Shown here: positions 36,723 through 50,715 of the stretch, one piece after another | Numbering within the stretch: the first letter of the stretch is position 1 | Layout of the letters: each line of letters begins with the position of its first letter | NCBI RefSeq assembly: GCF_001194135.2 | Contig: NC_068987.1 | Location: 45,764,996 to 45,828,995, forward strand | From: Octopus bimaculoides | Taxonomy: Eukaryota | Reading direction: 5' to 3' | DNA length: 64,000 nt | Notes under the pieces: model-generated | Told to the model about the DNA's origin: nothing | Database searches by the model: none | What the model saw: the letters and a program-made list of their open reading frames with translations, nothing else | Translations under genes and position numbers: made by a program

Positions 36723-38859
36723 TTATCTTTGTTAAATTAGTTTTAACATACTTAAACACAATGTTAAAAAATTACTTTAAAATAATTATAATTACTAAAC
36801 AGTGTCATTTATTTGCAGTCCACTGCAAAAGCATGTTCAGGTTTCTTGATATGTCTTGACATTTTGAATGGTCTTTGTAAAAACAAAAGAGTCATTCATA
36901 TGATGTCATTTGTTTCCAAGTTCTCTATATAAACATGTCCAAGATGTTTGGTATTTGATAGACTGGGAGATTGTTACTTTACTTGGAAACAGGTGGTGAA
37001 GGTGGCAGGATGGCATCAAGAATGGCATCTAGCTATAGAAAACACCTACCCCAACTTACTTATGATTGATCTATGCAAGCATGGAGAAGTGTTATGACAA
37101 TGATGATAATAACAATGATGATGGTGATGGTGGTGGTGGTGGTGGTGTGATGGTCATGATGATGATGATGATTACAATGATGATGATGATGATGATGGCA
37201 ATAATGCTGTTAGTGATTTTTCTCCCTATTTTTGTTTATCTTGCTGAAAAGACAGACAGCATTTGTCATCCTACAAATGGCAATAAAATAAAGTTTAAAA
37301 TTGTAAATCTAGTCAACCTATGTTAGCACAGACTAATGGATGGAATATTGTATTAGAGAAACACCCCCACTAAAAAAAAAAAAAAAGCTAAACAAAAACG
37401 AAAGGCCATAAAAGTAATGTTATAATGATTGTAAAAGAACAAAAGCTAAATATTGCAGATGCTATTTTTGTGATTGTTGTAATTTCATTGCTGCTTTAAC
37501 ATGCTTTTATTGTTGTTGTTGTTGTTGTTGTTATACTCTCAATAATGTTGAGGCTGTTGTTGTAGTTGTTAAGTCCTTTGTCATAGACATTGTCATTGTT
37601 ACTGCTCATATTAATGCACTGATTGCTCATGAAACTGTAAAGACATATTAAATCACTGTTACCTTTCAAGTACCTCTTCCACATGCCACAATCTGACTGG
37701 CTGTAAGCCCCACAGGGAATATTTAAATCTTTCTCAAAAGCCAAATTATGCATTGACATGTTTTTTTTTTTATATACTGTCTTCCATCCAATTTCCCATG
37801 CTAGCTTGGAATAGTTATGATTCTTTGGTTAATAAGCCATCATTTTTTTACTTCAAAGCCATTATAATGCCTCACGGAAAAAAAAAAAAAAAATCAGATA
37901 ATAGTCTTCTGTTTTAAAACAGAATTATAAAAATATTCTAAATGAAGAATAGCAATGAAGTTCCAAAAATGGTAAAGTGTTGAACTAATGGTGTTGTAGT
38001 CTTTTATTTAAATTCAGTGCATTCTCACTTCAAATCCTGCAGACATTTTACAGTTCTGTTATCAATTAGTTATAGTTAAGTACCAGACTTGTTAAATTGG
38101 TTTAACCAACACTAGTATGTGGGTTAGGGTTAAATTGATTTAACAAACCTTTGTGAAAAGGTTGCTTAAATCAATTTTTAAAATCCTTGTACATCAGTTA
38201 GAGTGCTAGTAAATTTGTGGTTTTGTCATAAGAAAAAGTTATAAATTAATATCTTTAACCAGAACGAAGAAAATATTTGTTAAAATACACAAAATATTTT
38301 TCAGTATAATAAATACTTCATATATTCTATTCAAATTCAGCCCTGTTTAAATTCATATTTTCACCGGGGATCAATAATCAAGCGCTAGTGATTAATGTAT
38401 AGAAGTGAAATAACAGAATGGACAAGATATTGAATATCTGGGTCATAGGTCATGTGTTTGTATCATGCCACAAATGTTCTATCTGGATTTTTGACAAGAG
38501 ACTTAATTCTACATGTCACTGTTTACCTCATATGCTTTATAGGAAAAAATTACCAACATTGAACAAGTTATGCCTTATCTAGAATGATATTTACCTTGAT
38601 TGTTTCACATTTCAGATTCTGGATTAGTGCCAGATTATGAAATGCTAAATAAACGAGATAAATCTCCTCTTAAATATGGTGTTAGTTAAATGCTGGTAAC
38701 TCTTCCTTTATGAGTTTTTAGAAATATTGAGTTAACCCCATGAAAACCAATCACCTCCTAATTTGCCTGTCAATTCAAAAGTGTTCATATTTATATTAAA
38801 ATCACAACTGAGACTTCTGTATTGCATGAATGATAAACTAACTGAGATCCCTATCATCA

Positions 38860-39300
38860 TAGTTTTAATGTTCACTTTTCTATGCTTGCATGGATCTGTT
38901 GGAATCTGGTGAAGCACATGCTTTTCTTGTCACCAACCTTCACCTGTTTGCAAACAAGGTGATATTTCTTTGTGGCTGAACATGTTGCTATGGAAGGCTG
39001 GAAACAAGGGGCACAACTTGTATAAAAGTGACTTGTTTACAACCATTACATGATTTCAAGACAAGGTGACACAAATACACACACACACACACACACACAC
39101 AACCACCTGAACACACACATACACAAGCACACACATATGATGGGCTTCTTACAGTTTCTGTTTACCAAATCCAGTCATAAAGCTTATGCTGACCTAGGGC
39201 TATAATAGATGACACTTATCCAAAGTGCCATTTAGTAGAACTGAACCTGAAACCATGTGGTTGGGAAGTGAACATTTTAACCATACAACTATGCCTGTGC
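38860..39300 (-). mobile_element. Composite SINE (A head + (TG)n + C tail)
   Basis: Reverse complement of the architecture at 18808-19235. Confidence 0.7.
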
Positions 39301-40317
39301 TTACCAGTAAGTAAAAATCCATGATAGCTAGATGTAAGAAACTGTTTTTAATGATATATTCTATATAATGGCTTTATATACAAATAGATATAAAAATTGC
39401 TATTATTTTATGAAATACATCCAAAGTTTTGATTGTTTTGAAAATGATTGAAACACATAAGCTGTCACTTCTTGTTAGAAATATGTTTCTGTAAAGGTTA
39501 GTAGGAAAAGAATGAAGATGAGTAAAAGAGATATAATTATTAATGAAATGAAAATGAAAAAAGATGAAATAATATTTTGAAGTATATCAGAAATAGCAGG
39601 AATAGAGAAAGAGGAGTAGTGCATGGATGTGACACTAGGAGTATGGTGTGCAAGTTGTAGACTATGAAATCATGGTGAGAGATGCATAATCAGAAGATTG
39701 AATAAAAATGCACCACAAATACATGTGTTGAAAACATTGATGATGAAAGTTTGTTTAATCCTGTTTAATTGATTATAACAAAAATAAACTCGTTATTTAA
39801 ACAAAATATTGTTGTTATTTTTGGTGTTTACTGCCAGGACAGTCCTGACAGAGCAGACTTTTGACCAAAGGTATGCCAGATGTGACCATCCTGTTTTATT
39901 TTTCATAATTAGGACCACAATGTGTTCTTCCTTTTATACAATAGTAGCAGGTGATTTGAAGAAATTTGGCAGCAATTTCTAACATGTTAAGCTAGAAGCT
40001 CCCTCATAAATCTAAAATATTGTCAGGGTTTTCATCATTCTCATTATCATCATCATCATGGTTTTCATATAGTATTATTAATACCATTTACATACTTTCT
40101 CAGTCTGGTAGTGTTCTCTCTCACCACCATAATTCTCTTTTTCTCTCTGTCTTGCCCTCATTATAGAGAAGATATTTTCAGCTTTATAAGATTTAAGCTC
40201 TATTATATAGAAGTACTAACAATACTTTCCTGTGGTGTAAAGATCTGTCATACTGTAAAAAAAAGAAGAGTAAAAGAGTGTGTGTGGTAATAAATAAATA
40301 GATAGATAGATAGATAG

Positions 40318-40357
<40 letters not shown>

Positions 40358-40687
40358 TTGTATGACAAACAATGAAGCTGAAGCTAATAGGGAAACAATG
40401 AGAGTTGTTAACCAAGAAAGAAGACAGAATATGAACAATGATGATAAGCAAAAATATTTTGCACAAGCCAGGATGAGAATTCAGGCTAGAAGGGAAAACA
40501 TGACCAAAGAGAATAGACAAGACTTCCTGAAAATTAATCAATGGATTATGAAGGAAATACAGGATATTATTACTGAGCAGGGAGATGTTTATGACCGATA
40601 CTGTATCACAAAATGGGCAGCGGATTCTCTGAGGGTACTGATAGTAAACCTGAATAATTTAGTAAAATAACGATTTCAAGTAATATT

Positions 40688-40914
40688 TTACCCTTTTGTT
40701 ACCATGTTTCTGTTGAAAAACACTGTTTTTGTTTATTTAATCTTGAAAATAATTAAGAATATACTACAATAACTTTGCCTTTATTAAGCTGGTATTTGGA
40801 ACATAAATGAACATGAAATTTTATTGGAAGGTTTAATTTAAATACTTTTAAAGCAGGAAATTTCTATCACAGAACCAGGAGTGGTATCAAGCAGGTTGGT
40901 GTCAAAAGGGTTTA
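40688..40914 (+). mobile_element. piggyBac-like MITE family 2
   Basis: TIRs cccttttgttacca / tggtgtcaaaaggg flanked by ttta (TTAA-like). Further copies at about 58154-58385 (minus), 59748-60000 (two partial) and 61845-62248 (minus, internally duplicated). Confidence 0.75.
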
Positions 40915-42210
40915 TAATGTTGCATAAATATTCTTAATTAGGGCCAATAGAAAATGTAAGACAGATAAAGAGATGTAGATGTGTAAGTTTTAAAGAAATT
41001 TAGCTCATGGATAAAGGAACTGTTTGAGTAGGAAGGTGGAAGACTTTGATAGTAAATTTAAAAACTAAGAATTTATTTAGTTGATACAGGGGAAGAATTT
41101 ATAGAGGAAATGGTAATGTATTTTAAACAGTCTTAAAATTTTATGTAGGCACAGGTGTGGAGATAGGTATAGATGTGGATATAGGTACAGGCATAGTGGT
41201 GTGATTGAGAACTTACTTCCCAACAGTGTGGTCTTGGATTCAGCCCTACTCTGCAGCATCTTGGATAAGTGTCTTTACTTATGAGTAAATTTGGTAAAAA
41301 GAAACTGGAAGAAACTTGTCCTACATATATATATTCTAAATGATGATGATATTTTCATTTGATGGTTTACTTATTATTACACCCACTTTCTTATTTTCAT
41401 GTCAGCACATGAAGAATAAGTTTTCAGATAACAGTAATTTGCATTTACATTGTAGCAGTTTGGTTTACAGTTGGATATTTTACATGTCTTAACCTCAGCT
41501 GCTCAATCAGGAAATACATGGAGGTACATTATAATTATTTTGCATCTAGGCTGTCAAAGCCAAATAAGTGAAAATAAGAGGAATTCACTCGCTATAGAAC
41601 CACAGCTGGCCAAGTTAATCGAATGTCTAAACTATTGACTAAAGAGCTTGACCATTTATACATTTCATTGCTAACCTAGTGCTATATACATAGCAAAACC
41701 ATTTACTCATGTCAGCTGAATCCATTTAGCTCTAAATGTGTACCATGAGTGGTTTTGTAATGAGAGAGAACATAACATAATAATGTAGTGTGTTTACTTA
41801 GCTGTGTTGAATCCTTAGAAAGGCACCAAAAAGCTATACAGGTGCCTAGTAACAAGCAAGAGTATTTGTTTCAGATTTGTTAAACTAAGGATTTGGTTAG
41901 GTCTTGTGAGTGTTATAACTGTCTGTCCCGTCCTTTATGCATTCAAGGTATTCAATACCAAGAGGGAATCTTACTTGATTATGAAAGACTCCATGATGAC
42001 CGAAAATATTTTGTCAAAGCCAGCACCATCATCATTATCGATCTCAGGTTCAGAACTTCCAATCTTTGGATGAGCAATATGCGAAACATGAAATATGTCA
42101 ACCATGTCTCAGTGAATTCTGTCTTTGTATAACAAAATTACAGAATGAAGTTTGAAAGCAGTTCTAATATGTGTCAACTTTTATTTATGTTTAATGTAAA
42201 TGTAAATACA

Positions 42211-42268
<58 letters not shown>

Positions 42269-43488
42269 TATGTTAATCCAAGAGGAATACAAAAATAGTA
42301 GAATAGTGGCTTTGTTGCTCTATCTTCTTGCAGTGTTTCTTCAACACCCACTCACCACCACCACCACCACCACCAATGCTGCTGTAGATATTTACAGCTT
42401 CATTCTCAGTCAGAGAGTATGTAGCTTAATTCTAAATGTTAAAACAGCTTTATCTCATTGCATTAACACAGATTTGTGCTGGAGTTTCATAACCACTTTC
42501 CAAAGTCATAACAGGCTATCATAGATTTAAAGCAAACATTCTTCATTACAGGAAAATATCTTGTTTATATAAATTTAGGGGAACAGAGAGAAAACAGCAA
42601 GGTGTCAAGTTGCTGGTGATAGGGAAGAAGTGTGCATGCTTTAGCCTGACAATATTGTGCACCTGAATGCATAAACACTAACAGCCAGCAATGTGTGTTT
42701 GTATGTATGTATATGTGTGTATGTATGCATATATACGTGGGTGTATGTGAAGTATTGTCTAACAGTCAGTAATATGTGATCTTAGTTTATGTTTTGGTGC
42801 TCCCTGTATTTACATTTTAACCAATAGTGAAGGCACACTATATGACTAATAACCTAGTAATAATAGTTTCATATTTTGGCACAAGACCAGCAAGTTCAAG
42901 GGAGTGGTTATATCTTATTTTAAGTACTTATTTTATCAACCCTGAAAGGACGAAATGCAAAGTTGACCTTGGCAGAATCTGAACTCAGAATGTAAAGACG
43001 GACAAAATGCTGCTAAGTATTTCGTCTACCATGCTAATGATTTTGCCAGATCACTACATTTAATAACCCAGTAATAATGAAAGTACTTTGGTTTTACTAG
43101 GGTTCACAATCTTTGTTTTTAACAATAAAAGAATGTATACAAATCAATATACAGTGATTTCTTATATTTTTTTTTTATCATTTATTCTGGAGTAAAAAAG
43201 TGTTGCACTCTCAATTATAAGGTTGTGGTTTCAATTCCCATTCTGGATGGTGTGTTGTGCTCTTGAGCAAAATACCTCATTTCATACTGCTTCTCTCCAC
43301 TCAGCTGTAAATGAGTTCCAGCGATAGCTGGGAAGTTAACCCTGTGACGAAGCAGTGTCTCATTTTTTTTTAGGGTGAAGGTGTTGTAACCTCAGTCACT
43401 TACACACCATTGAAAGCAGGTCAAGGACTCGTTACAGGCCTAAGTAAGAGTGTTGTAGTTTGCTTGAAGCATTGTAATATCAAAGAAG

Positions 43489-43776
43489 CTAAAAAGAGAG
43501 AAAATAGAAAGCTTCTGACAATGCAGAAAGTTTAATAGAATATTTCAGGCACAAAGGCCCATCTTCAGAACAAAAAACAATATGGGAAATCTCCAGTTAT
43601 GTAGTTCTGTTGACGCATTCAAATTTCCATAACACTAGGGAATTTGAATCGGAACCTACAGAACTTGGACATTTCCAAGACGGTTCTTTTCTTCTGAACA
43701 TGGGCCTTTGCGCCTGAAATATAAAGGTTTTATTAAACTTTTGCATTGTCAGAAGCTTTCTATTTTCTCTCTTTAG
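43489..43776. mobile_element. Near-complete palindromic (fold-back) element, about 290 bp, 9-nt loop
   Basis: aaagagagaaaatagaaagcttctgacaatgc...tatttcaggc.caaaggcccat.ttcagaa...attcaaatttcc-ataacacta-gggaatttgaat...gcattgtcagaagctttctattttctctcttt. Confidence 0.85.
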
Positions 43777-44249
43777 ACCTAAGTAACTTATTCAGGTTGT
43801 GCCTATCACCTGTTATACGCCCTCCAAGATAGGTGGGGAAAGGATCAAGGTGTCCTCAAACAAGAAACCTGACTTGAATGTTTGCAACAAAATGGACTTC
43901 ATTAAAGATATCCAATGCACCAGGTGGTAGTGTTAAATTAGGCAATTGATTAAATCTACCACCCAAGTAAACTATGGGAGATCTTGAACCCAGAATGCAT
44001 GGAACTGGAACAAACACTGTAAAGCTTCTAGACTGACATTCTTACAGTTCTTCCAATCCATCACCTTGGATTGGTACTCTTTTTATTGACACTGAAAGGA
44101 TGAAAGGTAAAATTGACCTTGGCAGGATTTGAACTTGTAGTACAGTGTGTTGGAATTCAAATGCCACAAAACAATGTCAGATGCTCTATCAACTCTGCTA
44201 ATTCCTTGTCATTTAAAAAAATTTATTTCCATCTAGTTTGGTACAGCCT

Positions 44250-44799
44250 ACTTGAAGACTGTTCATCACTCACAATATGTTGGACATCTTGATCCTTTGG
44301 GTATAAATACACTAAAGCTTGAATGCTCTGCAGCTGACTTGGTAGAAGCTCACAAGATTATTCACCATCTCTTCAACAACTTTGACCAGAATTTTGAATT
44401 CAGTACCTCTACCACTTGTGGATATACTTATAAAATTTAAAAACAGCACAGCACTCAAGACTTTCAGAAACATTTTTTCATGCTCAGAATTATTGAAGCG
44501 TTGAATAAACTATCTGCATCAGTGGTTAGCTGTCAGGACTCTACAGCCTTCAAAAATTCCATGCTCTCTGAAATTAGCCAATACTACTCCTGATGTATCT
44601 ATTCATCTATTCCTCTTTATGAGTCTCTAAATATTCACTTTCCTGTCTTTTTGTGTTAATTCTACGTACTATACACATACTTCTAACCTTCAATGCTGTT
44701 TTCCTTTACTTGATTTTTGACTGTGTTTGACTGTGTTCTGTACTTTCTTTTAAGCTTTTCTGTTGAGTTGTAGTGCACCTGAGCACTCTATGTAATAAG

Positions 44800-44833
<34 letters not shown>
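44250..44833 (+). mobile_element. CR1-group LINE 3' end with (ATT)n tail
   Basis: LGINTLKLECSAADLVEAHKIIHHL...TCGYTYKI*KQHSTQDFQKHFFMLRIIEALNKLSASVVSCQDSTAFKNSMLSEISQYYS*, then the 3' UTR and (ATT)n at 44803-44833. Confidence 0.85.
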
Positions 44834-44836
<3 letters not shown>

Positions 44837-45525
44837 CTTATCACAGGTTTCATTGGAGCTCCTGGAGCCTATGGTTCCATGCTATCCATTTTCAATCATT
44901 TCTTGATTATTTTGGCTGTGCCAAGGAGGCGAACCTTTTGTAACAGTTCTACTGGGCACTCTATTTTAATTTCCTTCATATTCCCCCTTGATACCTTTTG
45001 ATACTGTTCCCAAGGACCCAACAATAATTGGCACTCATCTTCACCTTCTTCATTTTCCATATCCAGGCTATTTTGTACTTAAAGGGGTTGCATTTATCAA
45101 TCTTTTCACCTTTCTTCTAGACTATTGGTTGGTCAAAGTGGCATGCAACATCAACTATGTAACATATGTGGTGCACCTTGTCCACTATGTTATGCTCTGT
45201 CACCAGATCTGGTTAGATTGGGAAATCTCAGAAGATTTTGCTAGTCTCCAACTCTGCCACTCTCTGCAGTTTGTGCTCATACCACATCTTGCTTCTCTCT
45301 GGCTCCCAGTTTTCACACAGTTTCCAATGTAGCACTTTCACTACCTGGTCGTGTTGCCACATCTTGTAGTAGTTTTGGGAAAGTCTAGGGCATTCATTCA
45401 TGATTAGGGCAATGGTTTCATCTACTCTATTGCAGATGTTACACAGCAGAGGCACTTGCTCATTCCTAAGGTTGACCCTCCAGTTCCTGGCCAAAGCTTG
45501 GTCTTATGTTGCCAGTATAGTGCTC
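44834..45525 (-). mobile_element. 5'-truncated R4/Dong-clade LINE (zinc knuckle plus restriction-like endonuclease)
   Basis: CNICNRVDETIALIMNECPRLSQNYYKMWQHDQVVKVLHWKLCENW...WYEH...KIF*DFPI...IVDVAC...IIVGSLGTV...LLQKVRLLGTAKII. These are the CCHC-like, RHD, W/DF.IQTD, PD..D-type endonuclease and IGALG motifs of RLE-encoding LINEs. (ATT)n lies on both flanks. Confidence 0.85.
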
Positions 45526-46214
45526 TATTATTATTATTATTATTATTATTGAAAGGATAAAAATGAATGAAAGAGCTCACCCTCTGTAACTCATTGAAAG
45601 ATGGCTGAATTAGTATGTATGGAGTCAAATAATAATGTTTCTCATGAGTATTAGTGGTGCAAATCAAAAGAAAAACTCATTCTCTCAATCAAACATGAGT
45701 TCACATGAACTAATAGACATGAGGTGACTCACCAAGAGTTTTCTTCTACCTTGTGGAGCTCTTTTCAGTCCAATATTCAAAGATTTGGCTGAATAATGTT
45801 GGATGGAATTGAGAAATTATCTGGTGATGATTAGAATAAAAAGATAAATGATAATATCTATGAAAGAGAGAAAGAGAGAGAGAGGGGGAGGGAGAGAGGT
45901 GAAGATCGGTGGAATGAAAGTTCTATTGATGAGACGAAGGATTAGATGGGCAGTAACCGTTGGTTATCATTGAATATTAAATATTTATAGAACAGTAAAC
46001 TGAACAATTTTCAGAGTGTGAAGCAGGCGGAAGAGATTATCCAAAATCCTAATGATAAATCAGAATACTAGAGATGATATAAGTATCTTTGACCATGAAA
46101 AAGCTTTGCTCCTTTCATTTCTAAGCTATCAACTCATCTACTGCATCTTTAACTATTCTACAATCATTATCATCAGCTGCATTAACTTGTGTCTGAGTAG
46201 TTAATCTATAATGA

Positions 46215-46540
46215 GTGAGTGAGCCTCTTCATCTTGATGGATGTGGAGGATGCTGGTACCTGAAGTGGTTGTTCAGGCTAAGGGCAGTATAGACAAGCTG
46301 GGTAATTTATCAGAAGGGAGGGTTAGTGGAGGACAAGGAAATGTGAGTCGTTCGTTTTGTCTGACATCAGATCTCTGCCTCTTGGCTGTTATTTTCCATC
46401 TGGTTTGCTCCATTGAAGATAACATGCCACCACTATGGGCAATCCTCAGCAATTGTCTGGTGCAGCAGAGGAGAGTGGCCTTGAGCTGGTTTCAGAAAAA
46501 GAATTTGGGAGCACCAGTATTTCACAACAGTTGCTAATGT
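46215..46540 (-). mobile_element. RTE (BovB-like) LINE extreme 3' remnant
   Basis: TIAEDCP*WWHVIFNGANQMENN...LNNHFRYQH resembles the RTE C-terminus W...A.DR..W...I..G...FE...GL.SH.R.H. Confidence 0.5.
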
Positions 46541-48429
46541 AAAAATCCCTAAAGTCACTCATGGTAATAGGTTATGTAGTAGGTTGAAAGGTTCAAGGAA
46601 GTAAATGAAAAAAGGAAGTTTATTGAGAATTAAACAAGAAACCAAATCCGGTTCAGCAAGCAATGAGATATAAATTTAAGCCAGAATAAGGTGGAGTATT
46701 CCAGCACAATCTATTTATTAAGCTAGGTTTTAGTGTTTATCAACAGAGGTTTTAGTTCTTTTTGACAGCTGCATATGTCTTAAACAAACACAGCTTTCAA
46801 TAAACTAAGCAATTCAAATCATTGTACACATCAATGAAATGATATTTAATTATTTTAGAATATTTGTGCTAGCACAAATAATTGTGTAAACTGGTATTTT
46901 ATCATCATCATCATCACCGCTGCTACCCTCACCACCACCACCACCACCACCACCACCACTTTCTTCTTCTTCTTCTTCTTCTTCTTCTTCATTAAACATC
47001 CACTTTTTCATGCTTCCAAGGGTTAGACAGAATTTGTCGAGGCAAATTTCAACAGCTAGATACCCTTCCTGCCTCCAATGCCCACCTGCTTCCAAGCAAA
47101 GTAATATCTCCCATGGTCAGACATGTTTTTCATGGAAGACTAAAACAAACGACATCATTTGTGTGATGACAATACTTGCTTATAACCATCACATGAGGTT
47201 AAGACAAGGGTATATATAAACTTATACAAGGTACTGTGCAGTAGGACTGAACCTAAGTCCACATTGATGGGAAACAAACTTCTAAACTACTTAGCTATGC
47301 CTGCAGTGATTCCAGTTTCATACAAATCAACAAATAATAATCCTTTTTAACATGAGAATATTCAAATATATTTTATTATCCCAATACTTCAGATATATTT
47401 AATAGATTAAAAAAGATCAATAATGCCCCAATGCTCATAATATCCTCACCTTATTGATTTCTTTCTTTGCTAGAACACAAGTAAATTACGTTTATCTATT
47501 TGTTTTGCAAAATTCCTGATGAGAAAGTGTGCTGAAATATAATGTTATATTTGGGGATCATCATTTAAATTTTTTTTTTTTTGCCAATTAACCACAGAAA
47601 GACAGAATGAACTAAACAGAACAGGAGGAGACACATAGGATGGAGAGTCACTGAAAAGGTCACAGGATGTATGGTGAAAATTTTCAGACAAAGGACACTA
47701 AAATAAGACTAAGCTGAAGTGAAGAATGAGCATATAGTGTGTGGTTAATTGGTGAAAAGAGAAAAGACCTTTTCCAAATATAAAAAAAAACAAGTAAATT
47801 TATTTTCAAGTCATTTCATCAATTTTGAGAAGATGGGGAGCAAGCTCCAACCCAATAGGATTTGAAGCAGTTGACTGTTTCAGTTAATGACTGCTCTTGT
47901 AATGATATCTTTAAAATGATTAATGAGCTTAGATAATCATGTAAACTACTGCAACATTTCTCAAAGTAGTAAGTATTGATTTCTCACATGTGCACATGGC
48001 CATAAATTGTAGAGGAGGAGGAGGAGGAGCATAAATGATTGCACATATCTGATACTAATGCAAACGAATTTGAATAGATGAAAGTCAACTGATTCCAGTG
48101 GGATTTGAACTCAGAGTTGTAATATCACATCACTAACTACCACAAACTATCTTACTTCAATTTTCCCACCATTTATGCCGCTATAACATCCATCAGACTT
48201 ATAAACTTTACATAAATTTATATAACATTCAAAAGCTGGATTTTACTTTTAAATTTCTGAGTTGGACAGAAATAACATCATCCTCAACACTCACTGCTGT
48301 CGCCGCCACCACCACCACAACCACAACCACCGCTGCCACCACTGCTGCCGCCGCCCATGTTTGTCATGAAGTAGTGAATTGGAAACAACTGCTCTTCATT
48401 ATATTTTCAGCTGTGTTGTGAGTTCATCT

Positions 48430-48680
48430 GGTACCTTGGATAATAATTTGTCCAAATATTCTTTGAAAACATCTACATATGTATCTTTGAAGGTCTAGCT
48501 CCCAATTTTGAGAGTGAAAGCTATACCAATCACCACACTGGATGCTACTGCATAGTACTGAAGATCTGTTTTTTCCCTCTCGAATAAGAACCCAGTACTG
48601 TAACAGCTTAAACTTCAGAGCCCACAACTTTTCAACACTCTCTCAAACAACCTCAGGGACCTTCAAAGATCTTCTACTGG
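48430..48680 (+). mobile_element. Second CR1/L2-group LINE family, ORF2 C-terminal remnant
   Basis: FEGLAPNFESESYTNHHTGCYCIVLKI...YCNSLNFR/PQLFNTLSNNLRDL matches the (WKI)LEGLVPN...GR.C...NSL...GP.LFN.LP..LR motif. Confidence 0.65.
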
Positions 48681-49799
48681 ATGCATTTTTAGTAATTTAG
48701 TTGGGGGTTAATAATTTGCTAAGGTAGATGCTAATGGAAACAGAATTATTGTTTCGTAAACTTTCATACTCACAAAGACTTTTTACTACAAACTTTTATA
48801 ACACAATTGAATAGAATATAAAAAATACATCAAAATCTGAACTTCAATAGAAATTAATTCATTGAAATGGTAAGAATAACATCAATACATGACTCTTCTG
48901 ACATTGGTTGTTTATAAACACAAAGTGTTGTTGTTTTAACTCATCATGAAAACGGAAGTTTCCGGAATCATTTTATTCAAATCACATCAAAGCAAAGTTA
49001 ATATGATTTCAATTTCATGCAATATTTTGGCTATTTTCTTTTTGTTATTTATTCTTAATGCAAAATTAGGAATAGTCTTATGCAAAAAACTGCAACTGAC
49101 ATATTTTGCATTTGATATTAATGATGAATCTTACAGAAAATTCATATTAAACAATTTGGTATTTTGAAAATGTATACAATTAACCAAATTATGCAAAAAT
49201 CAAAAATCATAGAGTTGAGTATATATATGTATGTGTGTGTATAAATACACACACATACACACACACATATATATATATATATGGAGAGAAAAGGAGACAT
49301 CACTATACCATTAATACCAGTCGTTCTGATGAGTGCTGGGACTGGGCATTTTTCCCAAACGATACAATTACAAAACTAAATGGTAAAATGGGCTGTAAGG
49401 TTCTTGTTAAGAGAGTTTAAGATAACTAAGCAATAAGACTTATTGAACTAAGACAGTTTCTGGTGTTGGTAAATATGTGGTTAAGTTTGTAACTTGGTTG
49501 AACTACCAATGTATGCACTCAAGTTTGTGCATCTATTCATCAAAAGAATTTCAGTTAGACAATCTTTGGAATGCCTTCTGGTTGTTTTTCTCTCTAAAAA
49601 ATGGGAAGTTGCATTATGGAACAGCCATTTTAATGAAATTTTTTATTTATTTATCACCTGACGAGATACGTCTACACCGCTAGATACTCCTGAACCAGTT
49701 TTTGTGTGTCCCACAAGAGGAGTCGATGCTAGATGTGTGGAAACATTTGTTGTGATTAATAATATATTCTCATATATTCCATCTTCTGTTGTTCAATTG

Positions 49800-49835
<36 letters not shown>

Positions 49836-50433
49836 ATGTATGTATGTATGTATGTATCATATATTATATAATATGGGATTGAAACAGAAACCAAACGGTT
49901 GTAAGGCAAACTTCCTAACGACATTAATTTAAATGTTTTGTGCGTGTGTGTGCGTGTGTGTGCATGGTAGATAGATGTTCACGAAGGTAGACAGTTGATT
50001 TTAATTCATTTAATTGAAACAGTTAAACACGGAGAGTGTATGACAATTCAACTGGTACACTCAGGGCTATGATAATCTGAATACTTATGTAAATTAAACA
50101 AACCATATTAGTTTTTGTCAAGCAAACAACAGAATGTGATGTCAAATATATAATGTATGAAAAATAAAGCATTTTTATCATAAATTATTTCACAAGACAT
50201 CTACATGTTTTGGTGACTATGTACCTTGTTGGCTGTGTTGAATTAAACAGAGTTCCTTGTTTAGCGACACAGTACACAACAATTACTGACATCACAAATA
50301 GTTGGTAGATAAAAGTCAATCACAAACATAAAAGATTAAATTGGTCAGTTTATATCATCATCATCATCTTTTAATGTCTATTTTCCATATATAAGCATAT
50401 GTATATATAGATACATGCATATATATATATATA

Positions 50434-50482
<49 letters not shown>

Positions 50483-50681
50483 CATGCAATAGGCTTCTTT
50501 CAGTTTCCGTCTACCAAATCCTCTCTGAAGGATTTGGTTGGCCTGAGGCTATAGAAGGTACTTGCCAATGGTGCCACACAGTGGGACTGAATCCAGAACC
50601 ATGTGGTTGGGAAGAGCATGTATACTTATATCTTTATATAAATACATACACACTCATATATGTATATGTACATTTATGTAT

Positions 50682-50715
<34 letters not shown>

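Noticed and set aside
48770-49222. Possible DNA-transposon-like element with atactc/gagtat ends
   Set aside because: The terminal match is only about 7 bp and there is no second copy in the window to support the boundaries.
49320-49362. CTGATGA followed by a gtgc...gcat stem
   Set aside because: No GAAA follows the stem, so a hammerhead core cannot be built.
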